Shown here: one piece after another, positions 56,426-64,000 of the stretch | How positions within the stretch are numbered: position 1 is the stretch's first letter | Layout: each line of letters opens with the position of its first letter | Assembly: GCA_040751795.1 (NCBI GenBank) | Contig: JBFMHR010000002.1 | Location: 1 to 64,000, forward strand | DNA from: Thermoplasmatota archaeon | Lineage (GTDB): Archaea; Thermoplasmatota; Thermoplasmata; UBA10834 | Direction: 5' to 3' | Length of the DNA: 64,000 nucleotides | Made by a program: the position numbers and the translations under genes | The notes under the pieces: model-generated | Databases searched by the model: none | The model's input: only the letters and a program-made list of their open reading frames with translations | What the model was told of the DNA's origin: nothing

Positions 56426-59122
56426 TCACTCTTCACCGAGGGCCTTCCCAACGGCCTCGACCGCCGAGTCGAGGGCCTGCTCTATCCTGGCCGCGTCCGG
56501 CCCCCCGCCCTGCGCGAAGTCCGGCTTCCCCCCGCCGGAGCCGCCCACGAGCTTCATGGCCTGCGACACCGGCTCCCTGCAGTCCAGGTCGACGTCCTGG
56601 CTCCTCGCGACGACGAGCTTGGCGCCGCCCTGGTCCGAGCCGAGGACGGCCACCGTCTTGGGGTGCGCTATGAGCTGCTTCGCCAGGCTGACGAGGTGCT
56701 TCATGTCCTCCGACTGCATGTGCCTGACGACCCTGACGCCCTTGACCTGGGCCGCCTTATGGACGAGGTCCTCGACCGTCTCGCCGACGAGGCCCTTCTT
56801 GACCGAGTCGAGGTCCTTCCTCAGCTCCCTCCAGTCGGCCATGAGCTTGTCCACCGCGGGCACGAGGCCCTCCGGGGTCGTGTTTAGCTTGACGCTGACG
56901 TCGGTGACCGCGTCCCACACGGCCATCATGCGCTCCACCGCGGACATGCCCGAGGCGAACTCCAGCCTCACGACGCCGTCCTGGATGCGCTTGGTGGAGA
57001 GTATCTTGATCGCGCCGACCTCGAGGGTGTTCCTGCAGTGTATGCCTCCGCACGCCTCGACGTCGAAGTCGCCGATGCGGACGACCCTGATCTCCTTGCC
57101 GGGGACGGCGCCGCCCTGGTACAGCCTGAAGCCGTACCTCTTCTCCGCGACGTTCCGCTCCATGAAGGAGCCCTGGACCTTGATGCCCGCGAGGACCGTC
57201 TCGTTGGAGATCCGCTCTATCCTCTCGAGCTCGTCCTGGGTCAGGTCCGCGTAGTGGGTGATGTCCAGCCTCGCCAGGTCGGCCGCCTTGTGCGCGCCGG
57301 TCTGCCAGATGTGGTTGCCCAGCACCTTCCTCGCCGCGCCGTTGATGATGTGCGTGGCGGTGTGGTGCCTCTGCAGGCGCCTCCTCCGCGGCTCGTCTAT
57401 CGTGCTCGTGATGAGCTTCCCTGGCTTGGCCTGCATCTCGCCCTCGACCCTGTGGACGACCACGTTGCCCACCTTGTCGACGTGCACGACCTTCATGTCC
57501 TTCATGAAGCCGAGGTCGCTCTCCTGGCCGCCCCCCTCCGCGTAGAAGTACGACTTGTCGAGCACGACCAGGTCGCCCACGACGGCGAGGACCTTGGCCC
57601 TGAACTTGTACTTGTAGGGCTCCTTGTAGAAGAGCTGCTTGGTGGCCGGGAGCCCCTTGGGCAGCTCCGTCTTGGCCGCCTCCTCCTCGGCCTCCTTCGA
57701 CTTCGCGTGCCTCGCGGCGACCTGCTTGTAGAAGTCGTCAGGCACCTTGACGCTGGACGAGGCGAACTCCGCCACCACCTCGGGGTTCAGCCCGTGGGAG
57801 TCGTAGAGCTCGATGAGGTCCTCGTCGGAGATGGCCTTGCCCTGGTGCCTCAGGGAGTCCTCGAGCCTCTTGACCACCCCCTTCCCCTTGGTGAGCGTCT
57901 CGCCGTACTTGTCCTGTTCCACGTCCACGAGCTTGAGTATCTCGTCCCTGTTCTCCTTCAGGTCGGGGAAGTCCTTGGCGAACTGGTCGATCTGGAGGGC
58001 CACGACCTCGGAGAGCCTCCCCTGGAGGCCGAGCTGCGACATCTCCCTCAGGGACCTCCTGACCAGGAGCCTGGCGAAGTACCCCTGCCTGACGTTGGAG
58101 GGGACCACGCCGTCGCTGAGCATGAACATGAGCGCCCTGGTGTGGTCGCAGACGACGTACATGCTCTCGAACGGCCTGATGATGTCCATGAAGTCCTCCG
58201 CCTTCATGCCGAGGCGCGCGGCCGTGTCGGCCCTGAGCGCCCTGACGTCCGCGGCCGTCTCGATCTTGAGCGAGCCAGCGACCTTGGAGTACTCCGACAG
58301 GACGCGCTCGTCGGCCCTGACCCCGGCGGACTGCCTCAGCTTCTCCAGGACGGGCCCGAACACGGCCTCGTAGGCCGAGGGCGTGCCCTGCGACATCCAT
58401 GTGAGGCGCTCGAGCCCGTAGCCGGTGTCGACGACCTGCATGTCCAGCGGCCTGGTGCGGCCGTTCTCGGTCGCGTACGCCATGAACACCAGCGTTGCGA
58501 CCTCGACGCCGCCCAGGAGGACCTCGACGCACGGCCCGGCGTTGCCGCCGCCCTCCCACCACGCCTCGGAGTAGTTCACGAGCTTCGGGTCGAGGCCCTG
58601 GACCTCGGTGAGGAACTTGTGGCACAGCTCCGTCGTGCGGTCCTTCCAGTAGACCTCCTTCCCCTTCTTGTTGAAGACGTGGTGCGCCATCATCTCGAAC
58701 ATGGTGAAGTGGGAGCCCGTCTTGCCGACGTTGTCTATGTCGTTGAACCTGACGCACGTCTGGGAGATGCCGAGCGGGTTGGCGGGCGGCTCGACGACGC
58801 CCTGGATGACCCAGGGCTGGAAGCCGTAGATGCTGGCCTGGGTGAAGAAGACGTCGTCCCTCCACCTGGCGGTGATGGGGTACCGGGCGATCCTGGTGTG
58901 CCCCTCCCTCTCGAGGAAGGCCAGGAAGCTCTCGCGCATCTCGTTGACGCTGAGCTTCTCCTTGAAGAGCGGCCTCCCAATGAACGTGTACTCGACGCAG
59001 GGCGCCTCGCCGCACGTGTCTCCGTCCCCGAGGGTCCAGAAGAACTTGCCGCAGGTCCTGCACTGCTTCCGCTGGAAGCCGTTGCCCTTGAAGAACTCGA
59101 GCTCGTAATCCTTCGGGTCCAT
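56426..59122 (-). CDS. alaS: Alanine-tRNA ligase (archaeal type)
   Basis: ARWRDD, TCVRFNDIDNVG, DTGYGLER, HTATH editing motif, GGGKP. Confidence 0.97.
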   Translation of the reverse strand: MDPKDYELEFFKGNGFQRKQCRTCGKFFWTLGDGDTCGEAPCVEYTFIGRPLFKEKLSVNEMRESFLAFLEREGHTRIARYPITARWRDDVFFTQASIYGFQPWVIQGVVEPPANPLGISQTCVRFNDIDNVGKTGSHFTMFEMMAHHVFNKKGKEVYWKDRTTELCHKFLTEVQGLDPKLVNYSEAWWEGGGNAGPCVEVLLGGVEVATLVFMAYATENGRTRPLDMQVVDTGYGLERLTWMSQGTPSAYEAVFGPVLEKLRQSAGVRADERVLSEYSKVAGSLKIETAADVRALRADTAARLGMKAEDFMDIIRPFESMYVVCDHTRALMFMLSDGVVPSNVRQGYFARLLVRRSLREMSQLGLQGRLSEVVALQIDQFAKDFPDLKENRDEILKLVDVEQDKYGETLTKGKGVVKRLEDSLRHQGKAISDEDLIELYDSHGLNPEVVAEFASSSVKVPDDFYKQVAARHAKSKEAEEEAAKTELPKGLPATKQLFYKEPYKYKFRAKVLAVVGDLVVLDKSYFYAEGGGQESDLGFMKDMKVVHVDKVGNVVVHRVEGEMQAKPGKLITSTIDEPRRRRLQRHHTATHIINGAARKVLGNHIWQTGAHKAADLARLDITHYADLTQDELERIERISNETVLAGIKVQGSFMERNVAEKRYGFRLYQGGAVPGKEIRVVRIGDFDVEACGGIHCRNTLEVGAIKILSTKRIQDGVVRLEFASGMSAVERMMAVWDAVTDVSVKLNTTPEGLVPAVDKLMADWRELRKDLDSVKKGLVGETVEDLVHKAAQVKGVRVVRHMQSEDMKHLVSLAKQLIAHPKTVAVLGSDQGGAKLVVARSQDVDLDCREPVSQAMKLVGGSGGGKPDFAQGGGPDAARIEQALDSAVEAVGKALGEE

Positions 59123-59182
59123 CCGACTTCTCTGCATGAGTCCTCAGGATTTAACGCTTGTGCTGGGGGCGTGCCAGCATCG

Positions 59183-60397
59183 TCACGGGAAGGAGAAGCC
59201 GGGGTCGGAGAGCCTGTCCAAGTAGGCGCTGACGGGAGAGCCCTCCTTGATCGCCTTCGAGACCTTGTTGACGTCCTTCTTCGTCCCGAGCAGTATGGCA
59301 CCGATCATCTTCCCGTCCCTGACGACGAACTTCCTGTAGACGCTGCCGTCCGGGGCCAGCGCGCGGATCTCCTGGAACGTGCTCTCGGGCGGCTCGTGCT
59401 CGCTCCTCACCGTGCCTATGGAGGTGAGGTCGATGCCCATCACCTTCAGGGTGTTGGAGGGCACGGTCCCGCGGTAGTCCGGGGCCTCCTGGCCAAGGAT
59501 CTTCTTCGCGGCGACCCTGGCCTGGTCCAGCGCCGGCGGGATGATCCCCCAGGTCCTGCCGTCGAACTCCGCCACGTCCCCGACGGCGAATATATCCGGC
59601 TCGGTGGTCCTGAGGGAGGCGTCCACCACTACGCCCCTGTTGACCTTGAGCCCGGCGTCCTTGGCCAGCCCGAGATTGGGCCTGGCCCCCGCCGAGACGA
59701 CTACCATGTCCGCGTCGACGGCCCTGCCGTCCTTCAGCTGCAGGCCAGTGACGGAGGCCCCGCCCAGGACCTCTTCCGTCTCGGCCCTGGTCATGACCTT
59801 GATGCCGCCCGCCTCGACCCACCTCTGGAGTATCTCGGCGCCCTCGTGGTCCAGCTGCCTCATGAGCAGGTGCTCGGCGTACTCGAGGACCGTTATCCTC
59901 AGCCCCTTGAAGCCTGTCGCGAGGGCGCGCGCGGTCTCGAGCCCCAGCAGTCCCCCGCCGATGATGGCCACGTCCTCGGCCTTGGAGGCGGACGACATGA
60001 TCCTCTTCGCGTCGTCGAGGGTCCTCAGGGTGAACACGTCCTCCTTCGGGAGGCCCTTGAGGGGCGGGAGGAACGCGCTGGCCCCGTTGGCCAGCACCAG
60101 CCTGTCGTAGGCCACCTTCTGCCCCTTGACGGTGACGGCCCTGGCCCCCGGGTCGATGCGCTCGACCTTGGAGCCGAGGTGGAGGGCGATGCGGTTCTTC
60201 TGGTACCAGTCCAGCGGGAAGAAGGGCATCTCCCCCTCCTTGACGGAGCCAGAGATGAGGTCGATGAGCTTCGGCCTCGCGTAGTACGGCGCCGTCTCGT
60301 CCGTGTATATGGAGATGTCAACGCCCGCGTCCGCGTCCCTCAGAGCCTTCGCGACGTTCGTGCCAGCGACGTTGTTGCCGATGACCAGTACCTTCAT
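59183..60397 (-). CDS. FAD/NAD(P)-dependent oxidoreductase (rubredoxin reductase / NirB N-terminal-like)
   Basis: YDRLVLANG, IGGGLLGLE, IFAVGDVAE, SNTLKVMGIDL. Confidence 0.88.
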   Translation of the reverse strand: MKVLVIGNNVAGTNVAKALRDADAGVDISIYTDETAPYYARPKLIDLISGSVKEGEMPFFPLDWYQKNRIALHLGSKVERIDPGARAVTVKGQKVAYDRLVLANGASAFLPPLKGLPKEDVFTLRTLDDAKRIMSSASKAEDVAIIGGGLLGLETARALATGFKGLRITVLEYAEHLLMRQLDHEGAEILQRWVEAGGIKVMTRAETEEVLGGASVTGLQLKDGRAVDADMVVVSAGARPNLGLAKDAGLKVNRGVVVDASLRTTEPDIFAVGDVAEFDGRTWGIIPPALDQARVAAKKILGQEAPDYRGTVPSNTLKVMGIDLTSIGTVRSEHEPPESTFQEIRALAPDGSVYRKFVVRDGKMIGAILLGTKKDVNKVSKAIKEGSPVSAYLDRLSDPGFSFP

Positions 60398-60547
60398 TCT
60401 CCCGCTCCCAGACCCTGCCTTCATCCCACGCCATGTTTCTGCGTCTGATTAAGGTTGCGGCGGAGGCGTTCGTGTGTGGGTGTGCCCGGAGGGGAGACCT
60501 CAGTTACCTTCATATCTGGTCCAGGCGATTATTCGCCCGGTGGATCG

Positions 60548-61186
60548 GTGGCGAGGTGCGCGTGGTGCGGAACAGACAACGCGCCCGACGGGAGCTTCTG
60601 CCTGAAGTGCGGGAAGCCCCTCCCGTGGGGGCTGGTCTCAGGCGCATGCGAGAAGTGCGGCGCGGACAACGCGCTCGGGATGACGAGGTGCGGTAGCTGC
60701 GGCGCGCCCCTCTCGGCGCCGCGGCAGGCCCCCCAGCCCCAGGCGGCTGCGCCCAGCGGCCCGGTGTGCAAGTGGTGCGGGAAGCAGGTCCCTCCCGGGA
60801 GCGACATGTGCTGGGAGTGCGCGGAAGGCCCCGGGGAGGACTACATCCCGGAGGTGGAGGGCGGGGGCCGCTCTGAGACGCTGAACGCCGCTGGCGCCAT
60901 GCTGATCATCGCGGGCGTCATCATGCTCATCCAGGGGGTCCTCTTCGTGGCCAACGTCCCCGTGCTCGGCCTGGGGGTGGGGTACCTGGTCTGCTGCGGC
61001 TTCCTCGAAGTGCTCTTCGGGGTCGGCGCCATCATGGCCGGCCTCTCTGCGACGAAGCGGGAGAACTTCGCCCTCGTGGTGGTCGGCTGCGTCCTGGCGA
61101 TTGTCGGCTTCGGCGCGGTCATCGGCACCCTGCTCGGGGTCATCGCCCTCCTGATCGTCCTTGCAGACAGGGGGGAGTTCGATTGA
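60548..61186 (+). CDS. Zinc-ribbon protein with a C-terminal 4-TM domain
   Basis: Three CxxC...CxxC units, then hydrophobic helices ending RGEFD. Confidence 0.75.
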   Translation: MARCAWCGTDNAPDGSFCLKCGKPLPWGLVSGACEKCGADNALGMTRCGSCGAPLSAPRQAPQPQAAAPSGPVCKWCGKQVPPGSDMCWECAEGPGEDYIPEVEGGGRSETLNAAGAMLIIAGVIMLIQGVLFVANVPVLGLGVGYLVCCGFLEVLFGVGAIMAGLSATKRENFALVVVGCVLAIVGFGAVIGTLLGVIALLIVLADRGEFD

Positions 61187-61563
61187 CCGCGTCGGAGGAC
61201 GCGCCCTGCGCGGACGCCCCGGGCCCCGAGGACCGGGGGAAGGTGCGCAGGGAGCTGCTGGCCGCGTCCGTGCTCCTGGCTGTGGCCGGCGTGCTCGCGA
61301 TCGTCCAGGGCGGATTCATATTCTACGTCGCAGCGGACCTCGGCAGCACCATCAACCCGCTCATAGGCCTCTGCTCGATGCTCGGCCTCCTGTTCGGGGC
61401 GATAGCGGTGATGGCTGGCTACGGCGTCCATGTCCGCTCGGGGTTCAGGTTCCTGGTGGTCTCGTGCGTCATCGCCGTGTTCGGCGTCGGCTTCTTCGCG
61501 GGGTCGGCCCTGGCCTTCGTCGCCCTGTACCTGGTCGGGAGGAACAGGGACGAGTTCCGCTGA
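61183..61563 (+). CDS. 4-TM membrane protein, paralog of the upstream gene's C-terminus
   Basis: Same helix pattern, ending RDEFR. Confidence 0.7.
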   Translation: MTASEDAPCADAPGPEDRGKVRRELLAASVLLAVAGVLAIVQGGFIFYVAADLGSTINPLIGLCSMLGLLFGAIAVMAGYGVHVRSGFRFLVVSCVIAVFGVGFFAGSALAFVALYLVGRNRDEFR

Positions 61564-62620
61564 GGCGGAGCTCGCGCTGACCGGTAAGGGAAATTAGAAA
61601 GGAAGGAACGCAGCAGTTCGCATGTGCAGCACGTATAACGGCTGAGCCGATATTGCCAGGCCAACATGTTGTTTAGCGGCTACAACTTTTAGTAGCTGCG
61701 GGCTGAATGCCTCGGCGAACCTTGGCACTTACACCCCAGCTCTATCAACGCCATCATGTAATGGCGGTTGTGAGGTGCCTCGTTTTCGGGGCGGCTTCAA
61801 GCTTAGATGCTTTCAGCTTTTATCCGCTATCGCGTGGCTGCTCAGCATTGCCCTGCCGGACAACTGATAGACTAGAGGCGACGAATCCTCGTTCCTCTCG
61901 TACTAAAGGATCCTTCCCGTCAGGCACCAAGACGCTTCCAGCAAAAAGCAACAAACCTGTCTCACGACGGTCTGAACCCAGTTCACGATCCCTTTTAATG
62001 GGCGAACAACCCCACCCTTGGCAGCTGCTGCACCACCAGGATAGGAAGAACCGACGGCGAAGTAGCAAGCCTCCAGGTCGATATGGACTCTTGCTGGAGA
62101 CGACTCAGTTATCCCCGGGGTAACTTCTCTGTAATCACTGACCCCCACTTGTGAGGTACAGTGGTTCGCTAGGCCCTGATTTCTCATCGTGGTTCGTTGT
62201 TGGGCCGAACCACGTCAAGCCGGCTTTTGCCCTTGCACTCTTCGGTAGATTTCTGACCTACCTGAGCCGACCTTAGGGCGCCCTTGTTACCTTTTTGAGG
62301 GCGTGGCGCCCCACCCAAACTGCCTACCTACCGGTGTCCATCCGAAGATGTAAGTGGTACGAGTTCAAAAGGGCGGTGTTTCATCGTCGACTCGGAACTG
62401 ACCTAGCGGCCAGCCCTGGTAACGTCTCCCGCCTACGCTACACATTCGAGCTCATATCACAACGACAGGTTGCAGTAAAGCTCCACGGGGTCTTCGCTTT
62501 CAGCTGGAAGTTGACGGACTGTGCGCCGTCATGTAGGTTTCACCGGCCTCGACGCGGGGACAGTAGAGCTCTCGTTGGGCCTTCATGCAAGTCGCCAATT
62601 AAGCGACAAGGTATTACGCT

Positions 62621-63318
62621 CACATCTGTTACTTTCGAGACCTCCGATTGCTCGGAGGCGGGACACGATTTCTCGTGGCCTCCTCATGTCGCCATGAGGG
62701 TCGGACTATATCTTCATCCATCCGGATGTTCGGCGTATAGTCTCTGAGGATTCTAGACGCAGATTCGTTTCGCCTTCTGTTCATCTCACTTGCGAGTATG
62801 GCTACTTCCCTTAGTCCTGCTGCAGTCAGATGTTGACCTCTGTCAATGATCCGGACTGCTTGCGCGAACTTCTTGAAGTCGTTCCGCTTCTTTGTCCGCA
62901 GAGGATTTCTATCAAAGAACTCCACAACCTTCTTCAGGTTGTCTAGTCCACGTACTCTGAGTTCCATCCGATCGCCGTTGTTAACGACGACCGATCCACA
63001 ATCGAAGAACGATTGCATGACTCTCAGGATGCCTATGTCTCTGCGGTGCTGTACTACGCGGAACTCTGGCAACACCTGCCAACCCATCTTCATTCGTGGT
63101 TGACGATTGATGCCTATATGGAAGCAACCTTCTCCATCGACGAACCCGACGACCCAATTCGCATCTAGCCTTTCCTGCTGATTACCTGCACCCATCACAT
63201 TGTCACCAGGCACTCGAGGCCTTCTCCTTATCTCGAGGAGTTGACCGAAAGTGCTTCGGTAGTGTGAGATACTCAGGCGTTCCAGCATATGGCCGAATTT
63301 TACTAAGGCAACGCAGTC
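62621..63318 (-). mobile_element. Group I intron at 23S position L1931 (698 nt)
   Basis: Exon junction UAAGGU^AGCG; terminal G; P1 UAAGGU/GCCUUA with U-G; P AUGCUGGAA, Q AAUCAGCAGG, R UCAGAGACUA, S AAGAUAUAGUCC; P3 UUCGGC/GCCGAA; P8 CAUCC/GGAUG; three GNRA-capped P9 hairpins. Confidence 0.93.
62629..63195 (-). CDS. Single-motif LAGLIDADG homing endonuclease
   Basis: WVVGFVDGEGCF, F-x-V-x-Q, FFDCGSV, PLRTKKRNDFKKF; GGTGA upstream of the ATG. Confidence 0.93.
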   Translation of the reverse strand: MGAGNQQERLDANWVVGFVDGEGCFHIGINRQPRMKMGWQVLPEFRVVQHRRDIGILRVMQSFFDCGSVVVNNGDRMELRVRGLDNLKKVVEFFDRNPLRTKKRNDFKKFAQAVRIIDRGQHLTAAGLREVAILASEMNRRRNESASRILRDYTPNIRMDEDIVRPSWRHEEATRNRVPPPSNRRSRK

Positions 63319-63352
<34 letters not shown>

Positions 63353-64000
63353 ACGGTCCTTCGTTCCCTTGTAAGGGAGTTTCAGATACCGTCACTGGGC
63401 AGGATTCAGCGGCAATACGCATCCTTTCGGACTAGCTGCCACCTTTGTTTTGGTTAAACAGTCGGGGCTCCCTTGTCACTGCGACCAGCTCATCACTGAG
63501 CTGGCACCGCTTCTCCCTAAGTTACGCGGCTAATTTGCCGAGTTCCCTCGCGTCAATTAACGCCGACAGGCCTTGGACTTCTCATCCAGGGGCACCTGTG
63601 TCGGATCTTGGTACGATCGTTCCAGTTGTTTAGCACATCCTTTTTCACGGGCACCAGGGATAGGCTGAAGGGGGCCTTCGCCCCCCTACTCGTGATTTCA
63701 CCCGGTTCTCGCCATTACGGCTCTTCCCGGGCTTATACACTTGAACAGATTGGCGCTCCTGTTCAGCATACCCCGATACGTCAGGATGTGCGCAGAGACT
63801 GGCACGGTGCAGGAATATTAACCTGCTTACCCTTTCGACGTTCTCGATTAAGGAACGCCTTAGGATCGACTAACCCTCGACTGACGAACATTGTCGAGGA
63901 ACCCTTGCCCCTACGGCCGAGCGGATTCTCACCGCTCTTTGCTGCTACTCCCACCAGGATCCTCATTCGAACGCGGTCCATTCGATCTCACGACCGAACT

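Noticed and set aside
61564-61672. 5S rRNA downstream of the 23S gene
   Set aside because: No 5S sequence and too little space; unlinked rRNA genes are normal in Thermoplasmata.
61707-62747. ORFs within the 23S exon
   Set aside because: Spurious frames in rRNA.
62621-63318. BHB-type archaeal rRNA intron
   Set aside because: Junctions show U-G P1, P10, a terminal G and a full group I core rather than a bulge-helix-bulge stem.

Overview
GC-rich archaeal chromosome segment. The gene content, the stand-alone S12-S7-EF2-EF1a-S10 operon, the 23S gene with no 5S behind it, and the many PKD and zinc-ribbon proteins point to Thermoplasmatota (inference). Most of the window is core genes: ribosomal proteins, EF-2/EF-1a, PolD DP2, Rpo3, AlaRS, ArcTGT, Pth2, Pcc1 and three tRNAs. 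Main points of interest: (1) the 23S rRNA gene (minus strand, right edge) carries a 698-nt group I intron at L1931, with recognisable P1/P10/P3/P7/P9 elements and a LAGLIDADG ORF that reads through the ribozyme core; (2) the same rRNA has unusual peptidyl-transferase-centre bases (C2503/C2504, U2453/U2499); (3) a solo TnpB/Cas12f-like nuclease, missed by the ORF track, lies at the left edge next to an intron-containing tRNA-Ser; (4) a peptide ABC cassette has a binding protein on a stalk of about 13 PKD domains, a second PKD protein and no ATPase; (5) a five-gene SPFH/zinc-ribbon operon resembles a Psp/Ydj-type membrane-stress system; (6) a NikR-cbiMQO locus has a visible candidate operator. 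All calls are by eye from motifs, with no database searches, and several start codons are estimates.
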